A stretch of DNA of 64,000 nt from a virus (lineage: Duplodnaviria > Caudoviricetes): IMG/VR virus record IMGVR_UViG_3300011577_000001. One strand, 5' to 3'. The position numbers were made by a program, and so were the translations under genes. This document shows, one piece after another, positions 35,238 through 43,951 of this stretch (within the stretch, counting starts at the first letter, position 1; each line of letters opens with the position of its first letter). The notes under the pieces are model-generated. The model was not told where the DNA came from. It searched no databases and was given only the letters and a program-made list of their open reading frames with translations.

Positions 35238-36434
35238 TTACAATATTATTGGCTCTACAATCCATCGAGCCATATACGGAATTTTGGGATACTTGTCGAT
35301 CCAGCTTCTTAGTGCTGAGCGCGCCCAACCAAAGAAGCTAGCTACATCTTTCAAAGACGGATAGTAGTCTACCTGTCCGGTGTACGTATCCAAAACCTTG
35401 TAAGGTACAGCTCCCCTGGATTTGCGAATCAAGGAAGCTTGTTTCTGATCCTCGTCGTAAACGGGAAATGGGGTATCGTTATCGGGTCTCTTGAAGGAAT
35501 AACCTTTGAAAGGCAAGACGCTCCCGCCATTGATAAAAGTTCTTATTGTGTTTTCACAAACACCGGTAACCCTAACGGCTTCTTGGCCTGAGGCGAAGGT
35601 ATACTCAATTCCAGTAGGGTGATGTTTGGCGAGGATACAATCCACATATGCTTTCCTGCTGAAATACTTAACTCTAGAATCTAAAGCTTGATCAACCGTG
35701 TATGCAGGGACTTCTCGCAAATCTTTGAACCACTTAAAGGTGTAGCCCGCAACCATACTTAAATCGCATTTCTTCAAAGCGTTAAGAATGGTATTTCTAA
35801 GGACCCCTGTGAGTATCGACATGGTGCTAACATTCTCCGACACTAAACGAGTTCCCAATACGTGATCAATGGCTACTATTTTGTCCTCAGTCTTGTGAGC
35901 TGGTCTATGTTCCGACAAGTTATGGCTAAGGATAAATTTATCTTTGTACTTCGGCTTATCTGGATGTCCTAGTAGTCTCTTGATTGCTTCTGGGGTCGAC
36001 CCTAGGGCGCGAGCGGCAGCCTCCATTGAATGGAAGCTAACGACCTGTCCGGTCTCAGTATCACAGGCCGTAATTTGCAGATTGTAATTAGTCAATCCGT
36101 TTTCTAAGGCGTGCTGTACATTACCTGAACCAGTTTCCCATTCCAGATTACCAGACGCGTTGTGATACTTAACTCCGTCTTTATGGTTAACTTGGTAAAG
36201 CTTTCCATCTGACGGAGGAGGTCCGTTAAAAGCTTTACACACCAGCACATGTACCAAGCGTTTAGTGTGTCCTTCTTTTGCGGACCAAAGGTTTACTCTA
36301 CGGTAGCCATCTTCCTTTACAAAATGTTGAGATACGTCACGATAGTAACCTTTTGATTTCCAAACTCTTACATTTCCCTGGTCACTGATTTCATAGCCGG
36401 GGAAATCTTCAATGACTTTCCACTCTTCGGACAT
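35238..36434 (-). mobile_element. NUMOD4-HNH homing endonuclease with repeated C-terminal DNA-binding modules
   Basis: EWKVIEDFPGYEISDQGNVR and VNHKDG..HN...NLEW; AT-richer than flanks; own early promoter at 36460-36490. Confidence 0.88.
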
Positions 36435-36502
36435 GGTAGGTGTTCCTACAGTTAGTTGTCACAAGGATGATATAGATCTCAAATCTTTTTCAGGTAAATC
36501 CC

Positions 36503-37252
36503 ATGTCATATCAAGAAGGCAAGGACAGTACGTTTACACACAACGGGAAAGAGTACCCTTTAGACCCCTTCATTCAACGAGCCGCCAAACAACGGGTCGT
36601 ACAACTGCGGGTTAAGGATCTCAAATGGAATCTGGATGGCATCTCCCTGAATCCGATGCGGGTGCTTCACGCCGATACCAGTGTTCCAATCCTGTTCACG
36701 GTTGATCCTCAATGGGGTTACGTCGTCATTGACGGTACTCACCGCCTAGCTAAGGCTGTCCAGCAAAACAAGTACTCGCTTCCTGCCCGTGAGATCCCGA
36801 TTGGTTGGTTCGATGAGATCGGTACGGTCTCTATGGAATCAGCTACTGATCCAATCACGGTAGGTCAAGTCACTCGAGAACAAGCCTTCGAATGGTTAGC
36901 TCAACACGAACAGTCTCACCCAGAACCGTACAATGAAGCGGCCTTCTCCGCACAAGGGGCTGGAGTTGACCGTGTCTACGCTTTTGCTTGGTGTGGGGAT
37001 GAAGTCGTAGGCTACGCGAGTCTGTTAAATGGTCAGCGTTACCTGATTGACTGCTACGTCTGTCCCCATGCCCGTCGTCGGGGTGTAGGGCGTCAGTTGA
37101 TTGATTCCCTGCTCGTAGACCTCGTCGTAGTCAAGTCCTATCAGACAGCCATCATTGAGTGGTTGGAGAAATGTGGCTTCCGGCTCGAGAATGACTTTGT
37201 CAACACCAAGATCTACCGTAAGTACCACGGACCTAAGGTACACGCTTACTGA
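36503..37252 (+). CDS. ParB/Srx-like domain plus GNAT acetyltransferase fusion
   Basis: VIDGTHRLAKA (ParB-N) and YVCPHARRRGVGRQL..CGF (GNAT motif A), linked by VSMES. Confidence 0.72.
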   Translation: MSYQEGKDSTFTHNGKEYPLDPFIQRAAKQRVVQLRVKDLKWNLDGISLNPMRVLHADTSVPILFTVDPQWGYVVIDGTHRLAKAVQQNKYSLPAREIPIGWFDEIGTVSMESATDPITVGQVTREQAFEWLAQHEQSHPEPYNEAAFSAQGAGVDRVYAFAWCGDEVVGYASLLNGQRYLIDCYVCPHARRRGVGRQLIDSLLVDLVVVKSYQTAIIEWLEKCGFRLENDFVNTKIYRKYHGPKVHAY

Positions 37253-37290
37253 CGGCATAGAGGCTCCCGTGTGGGAGCCTTGTTATGCGC

Positions 37291-37626
37291 TTAGTAGCGG
37301 ATGCGGTGTTTGTGCCAGTTCGGATCGTGTACGATATTCTCGTAACCCGATTTGTACAGCACAAAGCTACCGACTGAGGTGAACACCTCGATGCAATTGG
37401 TTTTGTCTTGAATCTCCCACGATACCAAACGTACGTCATCCTTGTACGACTGAGGTAATTCAGTGGCATGCTTACGAGCGTACTCCTGAATAGCGCCAAT
37501 CATCTTCAGCTTCACGGGATCAAGCAAACTAGCTCGATCCAAGTCCCGACTGTTACAACGCCCCACACGTCCAGTCAAGTCCTCGATCAGCTTCTTAAAG
37601 CGAACGGTGTGTAGTGTGTCAGACAT
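37291..37626 (-). CDS. Hypothetical protein
   Basis: 111 aa ending at a bidirectional terminator (37260-37281). Confidence 0.6.
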   Translation of the reverse strand: MSDTLHTVRFKKLIEDLTGRVGRCNSRDLDRASLLDPVKLKMIGAIQEYARKHATELPQSYKDDVRLVSWEIQDKTNCIEVFTSVGSFVLYKSGYENIVHDPNWHKHRIRY

Positions 37627-37629
37627 TGC

Positions 37630-38040
37630 TAAGTTCTTCTGAGAGTTAGTGTTGGTATTACATAGCCATTACTGACTCAATGTAAGTAAATATACTCTCT
37701 TTTAAAAATTTCGGAAATTTTTTATGGTTTTCTTTAAAGCTCTCAGTGTTGCCAGTTGCACTGTGGTCTTGTTGTACTCACGTACAGACCACTATGCCTG
37801 TCACTGTAGGCATAGGGTTCCCTGCCGGGAACAAAGGCTAGGATAGACTGTGAGCAGGCTATGCTACGCAGCCGCTCTTAAAGCTTATTTAGATAAGCTT
37901 CGCTTTTGTTTATTTGACCCACCCCAAACCCCTCCCTACCTCACTAAAACTTACAAAAAAAAAACTATATCTACAAAGTATATATCTTGTTCAGTATTCA
38001 TTTACTTAAACCTTAGACAAAGGACTAGGTAGGGAGCGTA
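37630..38040. other. Non-coding AT-rich region with tandem hairpins (candidate origin or packaging site)
   Basis: Inverted repeat AAAAATTTC/GAAATTTTT, three abutting hairpins, a C-rich tract and an A tract. Confidence 0.35.
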
Positions 38041-38053
38041 CTCCCTACCGGTC

Positions 38054-38860
38054 TTATGCTGCACGTTTAACATCGACTCGTAGTCTTCTAGCCAGGTAAG
38101 CTTCCCTAGAAGCCCTAGCTTCTTCCTTCGAATACTTAGGGAAAGGAGTAGGATCATTAACATACTTGAAGACGTAGCCGCCGATGAGAGTCAACCTTCG
38201 GTTAACAACCCTGGTTTCAATGGTAGTATTTGCTACCCCAGTCAATAGAGTCATTACACCTAGGTTATCAGCCACGATGTGTTTCTCAGTCACGTAGTCA
38301 AAAGCTATGATGGCTTTACTACGAGGATAGATAGTGGGTATAGCTTCATCGAGCAAAGGTTCGAGTAAATACCTTCCGTCCAACTTCAAATCAGGATAGC
38401 AACCCAAATACCTCTTTATGGCAACAAAACCCAAATTGAAACGACTAGCAGCCGAACCAATGCTAGGGATAATTTCCATAGAACCAGAAACGGTGTCGTA
38501 AACTCTAACTCGAATGTTACGGGTTATGAGATTAGAATCCATAGCGTGCTCAAGGTTGGCTTTAGCGGTAACCCACTCTAAGTTGCTGTAGTGGTTGTTT
38601 AGTTTATCTCCATCCTTGTGATTAATGTGATTTTGTTTATCGCTAGGTGGATCTCCTAAGAAAGCATAAGCAACCAGCCTATGGATCTTCTTGTGACGCG
38701 ATTTATGACCTCTTTTGTTCAAAGTTATCCTCAGGTACCCTTTTGGGGTTAATTGAGGTTTAAGTAGTTTAACCGCACCCTTCTTGTTACTCCGCACTTG
38801 TCCCGACTCACTAACCTGGTAACCGGGGTAATCGATAACATCTTTCCAAACTTCCGACAT
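38054..38860 (-). mobile_element. NUMOD4-HNH homing endonuclease
   Basis: WKDVIDYPGYQVSESGQVRS, HRLVA and INHKDGDKLNNHYSNLEWVT; own early promoter at 38883-38913. Confidence 0.9.
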
Positions 38861-38947
38861 GGTTGAAATCCTGATTGATCGTCACTTGGATGATATACAT
38901 TTGAAAGGAATTTAAACGGCATAAGCAGGGGGACTAACCCCCTGCAA

Positions 38948-39355
38948 CTATAAGTAAAAGTAGTCTGACGTCTTAACATCGTCGTGGATACGGAATGGAG
39001 AGTTGATAAGCAAGGTGTGGAACGTACCAGGATCAACGACTAGTAACTCCTTTCCCAACTGGATGTAGAAACGATCATACCGCAATCCTTTCAACTGATT
39101 GATCACCGTCATCGAACAATCGAAACGATTAGGACGAACCTTGATGTCATCCTTAAAATTTACGATTGGGATGTAGTCGTAGAGAAACAGACTCAACGGA
39201 CCATGATCATCCGCATCATCTTTCCCCAGATACCGTACCGCAGCAAAACCCTGCACAGAGCCCTTTAAGAGGTCCTCTACAGGCCGTTCACTGTTTCCGA
39301 GTACACAACCTAAGATGTCAGCTAACGTCGCATCTACGCTGATTGCCTGCCCCAT
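38948..39355 (-). CDS. Hypothetical protein
   Basis: Start moved to ATG 39355 (AGGAGG SD); 135 aa. Confidence 0.65.
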   Translation of the reverse strand: MGQAISVDATLADILGCVLGNSERPVEDLLKGSVQGFAAVRYLGKDDADDHGPLSLFLYDYIPIVNFKDDIKVRPNRFDCSMTVINQLKGLRYDRFYIQLGKELLVVDPGTFHTLLINSPFRIHDDVKTSDYFYL

Positions 39356-39398
39356 ACTAACCTCCTGCATAAAAGGGAGCCGAAGCTCCCTTCGATGA

Positions 39399-39890
39399 TT
39401 AGACCGCACACGCCACATACAGCGCTGCGTCTTCCAAGCTGGCCACTACTACTGCACCCGAATCAGAACACTGGGTGAGTAGCTTTGAACGTTCTTCGTT
39501 GACAGGACGACCGACAACGATAGCGTTCTCTGGTTCTTCGATAGCAGCCGCCACACGCTGCTCTTCAAATTCCGAAGTACCAGGTTCCTCAGGCAGCACG
39601 AAGATACGAGTTGCCGATGCGATAGCCTTGATGGTGTCAACCACTGCCTGCTCTTGGAGCTGGATGGTTTCCAGGGAAGGGGTGTTGGACGCTTCAACGT
39701 TCCAGACTTTGACTTCCTTGTGGCACTCCATCATGATGGCTTCCCACTCACCAGAACTCACATCACCGTAGATGATCACGTTGCGCTCGTTCTGAATCCC
39801 GTCCACAGCCAGCTCGTCATTGGGAGCTGCCTTGTTTTCAGGAGCCTCATCTGCTTCGTCCGATGGATCGAAGTATTCACTAAGAGACAT
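39399..39890 (-). CDS. Acidic protein, possibly a degenerate nucleoside 2-deoxyribosyltransferase-like fold
   Basis: Start moved to ATG 39890 (AAGGAG SD). Pattern VIIYG..W..WN..GAVVVASLEDAALYV. Confidence 0.5.
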   Translation of the reverse strand: MSLSEYFDPSDEADEAPENKAAPNDELAVDGIQNERNVIIYGDVSSGEWEAIMMECHKEVKVWNVEASNTPSLETIQLQEQAVVDTIKAIASATRIFVLPEEPGTSEFEEQRVAAAIEEPENAIVVGRPVNEERSKLLTQCSDSGAVVVASLEDAALYVACAV

Positions 39891-39967
39891 ATAAAGCTCC
39901 TTTAGCAGTTTGGTCTCATAAGATCGCAAAAAAAAGAGGGAGTGTGACCTCCCTTCTTTTTGACGCG

Positions 39968-40612
39968 TCAAACGCGTTGCCGCAAGACAGCCTTGCCACG
40001 AGACACTTGGATGAACACCCCATTCTTGGAGCCGTCCTTTTGCCCAGTGATCGTGAGAAGGTCTACCTCCATATTTGCATTCTTGGCACGCTTTACGTTT
40101 TCTTCGTTCAGCGTTCCGTTTTTGTTGAGCAGAGTGTTGTGGATGCGAAGACCCAGCAACCGCAGCTCGTCGACCTTGGGTTGTGCTTCTTGTGGATATC
40201 CTTCGAGCAGACACACGTGCTCATAGAAGATCGCAAAGTGGTTGATCATTTGTCCCACTGGATCTTCTTTGGCTGCGCCGTTGGGTTCTGTCATGGTACG
40301 GTTTCCTACGTTGGCCCACCGATCCCGCAACTCTTTAAAGGCCTGACGCAGAGGTTCTTCACCCATGCGCTCAACCATGTACTTGGTCATCCCGCTGATC
40401 ACGCTGTCTTTGGTGAACGTGACATTGGGATTCTCGAACAGATACTGTTCGAGGAAAGTACGAGGGCGAGGTTCATAGTCATTACCTGGATGCATACCTT
40501 TTAACGCAGCCGGGTCATCACCGGTGAAGCTGGGGGCTGGTGGAATGCCAGTGTCCATGATGGAACTGAAGTCGCACGGGATTTCGTCTTCTGAGACATG
40601 AGTTTGGTTCAC
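39968..40612 (-). CDS. Hypothetical protein
   Basis: 214 aa, GTG start with GGAG SD, flanked by terminators. Confidence 0.65.
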   Translation of the reverse strand: MNQTHVSEDEIPCDFSSIMDTGIPPAPSFTGDDPAALKGMHPGNDYEPRPRTFLEQYLFENPNVTFTKDSVISGMTKYMVERMGEEPLRQAFKELRDRWANVGNRTMTEPNGAAKEDPVGQMINHFAIFYEHVCLLEGYPQEAQPKVDELRLLGLRIHNTLLNKNGTLNEENVKRAKNANMEVDLLTITGQKDGSKNGVFIQVSRGKAVLRQRV

Positions 40613-40672
40613 GGGGTTAGCTCCGTAAGAAAAAAGAAAAGTCCCCAGGAGCCGAAGCTCCCAGGGTATTGC

Positions 40673-41275
40673 TTACAGGGTGGATTGACCGCCCTGTTGG
40701 GCCGTTTGGCTGAGTGCGTTCAACGCCTCCACCAGCGCCGGATCGGCGACTTGGGAGAACGCATCACGCAGCTCGGTATCCATCACAGGCTCAGGTTGCT
40801 CAGCTACGTTGGTAGCAGAACCGTCCAAGCCATGAACCACGGCGACATTCATCCGATGGATGGTACCTTTGCGGCCGCGAGTGATACCGACGACCTTGGC
40901 CTTGACCAGTTCTTCAACTTTGGCCTTGAACCCAGGTTCGATCAGCTCTTTCGCTTCGGCGATGGTTTCGTAGTGCTCGCCTTTCTTCAGCAGCGCTTTG
41001 GCCTCATCGTGATTACCGGCGCGGTGAGCCGCTTCGATTTTCAGCGAGAGGTTGAACATCTTGTCAGCCATCTTCTCGACGGTGTAGTCTTTCAGAACGT
41101 ATTCCGAAATACGACGCTCGGTCGGACGATTGATGGTGGCTTCGCGCAGCTTCTGAACTTCTTCAGCCGAACGGACTTGTACTTCAACCGGGCGAGGAGC
41201 CAGGAAGGAAGCGAGGGCCTGCTCGATGAAAGTGCGAGGACCCATTTTTGCGGTGGTGGTGTATGCGTTGAACAT
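40673..41275 (-). CDS. Early hypothetical protein
   Basis: 200 aa with AAGGAG SD and strongly biased codon usage. Confidence 0.72.
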   Translation of the reverse strand: MFNAYTTTAKMGPRTFIEQALASFLAPRPVEVQVRSAEEVQKLREATINRPTERRISEYVLKDYTVEKMADKMFNLSLKIEAAHRAGNHDEAKALLKKGEHYETIAEAKELIEPGFKAKVEELVKAKVVGITRGRKGTIHRMNVAVVHGLDGSATNVAEQPEPVMDTELRDAFSQVADPALVEALNALSQTAQQGGQSTL

Positions 41276-41351
41276 GGTGACTCTCCTTAGAGCGTTAGCT
41301 TAGGGTTTGGGTCAGCCGACATGACTGACCCGGTTGGGGGAGGGGTTGATA

Positions 41352-42170
41352 TTACTGTTGGGTGGTGAAAGCGAAACCGGTAACGTTACCTTCGGCATCG
41401 GTCAGAGGACGAGTACCGAAGAACCCAACCAGTTCACCGTTGGCCAGCGCAGCACCAACGGGTTTGTTGTCGAACGAGCTAGGCAGGTTCAGCAACAATT
41501 GACGCAGGTCTTGAATGGTGAGCTGAGGAACTTCCAACTCATCTTCTTGACCATCGACGCGAACGATATCCCACAGCACGTTGCCGGACATATCGCTGTA
41601 GCGAGCAGCAGCAGCGCGAGCCGACATGGTGCGGGTGTCCAGGTTACCGCCTACCGAGTAGCTGCTCAGTTCAGCGCGGTAGGTGTTTTCTTCTTTGTCC
41701 ACGTCCAGGTGCAGGGCGTTCAGGCAGAACACCTTGCCTTCCATCAGCGCGACGATTTCTTCGCGCTCACCTGGCTTGCCGAACTTGGCCACGTGGGACA
41801 GTTGGACATTGCGGTTGCCAGTGGAATCGTGCAGGTCGATGATCAGACCTTTCTGAGCCAGAGTCGACTTGACCAGCTTGTCGTTCTGTTCAGCTTTCTT
41901 GCGGAAGATCCGTTCAGCTTTGGTTTCCAGATCCAGCCACAGCTTCTCGATCGAAGCGCGGAAACCACCGCCAGCCGAGAAGCCCTCGACTTTGACCTGA
42001 CCTTCTTCGACCCAGGCATTGTCGATGTTGGTATCTGCACGAAGCAGGAAGACCATCGGAGTGCCGTCGATGCCAGCAACAACAGCATGCTTCGAGTAGC
42101 CACCTTCGTTACGAGCGAACTCGATAACTTGAGCAACTACAGCTTCTACCGCTTCTTTAGTGAATTCCAT
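41352..42170 (-). CDS. Early hypothetical protein
   Basis: 272 aa downstream of the early promoter at 42227-42257 (CATATTAC). Confidence 0.72.
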   Translation of the reverse strand: MEFTKEAVEAVVAQVIEFARNEGGYSKHAVVAGIDGTPMVFLLRADTNIDNAWVEEGQVKVEGFSAGGGFRASIEKLWLDLETKAERIFRKKAEQNDKLVKSTLAQKGLIIDLHDSTGNRNVQLSHVAKFGKPGEREEIVALMEGKVFCLNALHLDVDKEENTYRAELSSYSVGGNLDTRTMSARAAAARYSDMSGNVLWDIVRVDGQEDELEVPQLTIQDLRQLLLNLPSSFDNKPVGAALANGELVGFFGTRPLTDAEGNVTGFAFTTQQ

Positions 42171-42315
42171 GATGCTTTCCTTCTGAGGATTAAATAGTTT
42201 GTTTGAAAGGGATTTGTTATCCTATTCACTCGAGTAATATGTATCTGAGATTTCTTTATTTCGACTTTTTGCCCAGGCTTAATTTATGACTACAGTTACT
42301 CCTGAGGAAGGCGTC

Positions 42316-43542
42316 ATGGCCAGTACTATCAAAGGGGTCTTCAACGATGAACTCGGAGACCTGGAGCTTGACCCTAAGCTCGCAAAACGTTTGTCACATT
42401 TCAAGCACGCCTTTATCAACAAGAACGAAGACCACATCAACTTCTTCGGTGGTAACCTTCTGGGCGTAGAGATTGTTCGTTATCTCCAGTCTGACCGCGA
42501 CCAGTGGTTCAGCGAAGTGCTGGATATCGACGACGTCACCCTGACTGAGAAACTCTACAGTCTGGACGCGATCAACGAGGAGTTCAAACGAACTTCCGAC
42601 GTGGTGAACCTGACCAGTGTTTGGTTACTCCATGCGCTTTATAATTCGAAGCGACTCACTGCTTCGGAGAAAGAGAAGGCGATGATCGATGTGGCGTACA
42701 TGCTACAGGTGAAATTCATCACCAGTATCTTTGCCCACTACTTCAAGTTCCCAGCGGACAAAGAGATCGCCCAAGCCGTTTATGAGTCCCTGAGTTACAA
42801 GTTCGCCTTGAAGCGAGCCGGTAGCTGGAACGCGTTATTCATCGAACGTTCCAAGGACATCATCGCGCACAACAGCATTCACTTCAAGACCATCAAAGAC
42901 TTCAACGACGATGAGGCGATCCTGTACATGATCACCGACATCCAAGGTCGTATCCGTGAAGTGGTCAAGAAGATGTACGCGGTGCTGATCCAGATGCGCG
43001 ACGACAAGAACCGCATCACCAGCACCTCTAGCGTTGCTCTGACCACCGATGGCGAGATGATCCTCAAAGACCGCCAACGGAACTTCTCCACGTACAAGCG
43101 GTATATCCACGAGATCATCCCTGACCGTACCACGTTCATTCGTGATGAGGTCGTGTCTGTTATTACAGATGCCATGCACACTATGTCACCTAAGCTGTTC
43201 CTTGACGTGCTGGAACATTGTTCGGCCAACTATGGCAAAACAAACCACGCCGAGATCGGTGAACTGTGTGATGAAACCCTGCTTCACGCTTTCGACTGGT
43301 TATCGGCCAACAAGGCGTTGCTGCGTAACCAAGCTGACCTCGGTAAGCTGTTGACCCGTCTGCGTTCGCTCTACATGGCGTCCCGGATGGTTGATCCAAC
43401 TCTGCTCAAGATGCGGGATCTGGCTGACAGTATTGTCGAGAAGTCCAGCACTTCCAAGAACAAGGCCATGCAGGCTGCTCTGCGTACAGGCCTGCAACTG
43501 TACATCGTGCTTCGGACTTTCACGATGAACTACTACTCCTGA
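42316..43542 (+). CDS. Conserved phiKZ-family virion-associated protein
   Basis: Start moved to ATG 42316 (GAGGAAGG SD; TATG at 42285). Contains FFGGNLLGV and LSYKFALK; adjacent to terminase. Confidence 0.7.
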   Translation: MASTIKGVFNDELGDLELDPKLAKRLSHFKHAFINKNEDHINFFGGNLLGVEIVRYLQSDRDQWFSEVLDIDDVTLTEKLYSLDAINEEFKRTSDVVNLTSVWLLHALYNSKRLTASEKEKAMIDVAYMLQVKFITSIFAHYFKFPADKEIAQAVYESLSYKFALKRAGSWNALFIERSKDIIAHNSIHFKTIKDFNDDEAILYMITDIQGRIREVVKKMYAVLIQMRDDKNRITSTSSVALTTDGEMILKDRQRNFSTYKRYIHEIIPDRTTFIRDEVVSVITDAMHTMSPKLFLDVLEHCSANYGKTNHAEIGELCDETLLHAFDWLSANKALLRNQADLGKLLTRLRSLYMASRMVDPTLLKMRDLADSIVEKSSTSKNKAMQAALRTGLQLYIVLRTFTMNYYS

Positions 43543-43550
43543 GGCATTTC

Positions 43551-43913
43551 ATGAAACGACTCATCCCGCTCTTTAAAGTGTTGGGTACTCAGTTCAACAC
43601 CGAACACACTGAAACCGTGTTGCGAGTTGAACGTGCTCCTTTCGAGGGAGACCTGCGTAAGCTGATCACCTCCACCGAGAAGATTATTCGGGTAACCACC
43701 CGCATTGAACGCTGGCAGTTCTTGTGGTGGAACGGGTATGAGGAAAAGTCGTGGGTGAACTACCACATCATCCACCGACTCAAGAAAGGCGTCAAGAATG
43801 GTAAGACTCTGATGGCGTTCGCTGATCGTCATGAGGGGACCATTGTGAACTACCATAAGCTCGATCAGTTGTATAGCAAATCGTTGGAGCAAGTCTTCGC
43901 CAAAGTTGGTTGA
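43551..43913 (+). CDS. Hypothetical protein
   Basis: 120 aa with GAGG SD; bidirectional terminator at 43913-43952. Confidence 0.65.
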   Translation: MKRLIPLFKVLGTQFNTEHTETVLRVERAPFEGDLRKLITSTEKIIRVTTRIERWQFLWWNGYEEKSWVNYHIIHRLKKGVKNGKTLMAFADRHEGTIVNYHKLDQLYSKSLEQVFAKVG

Positions 43914-43951
43914 CAGCATAGAGGGAGGCCTGGTGGCCTCCCTCTATGCCG

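Noticed and set aside
39891-40214. Upstream extension of the 271 aa ORF 39399-40214
   Set aside because: It overlaps gene 39968-40612 and crosses a terminator; the SD supports ATG 39890.
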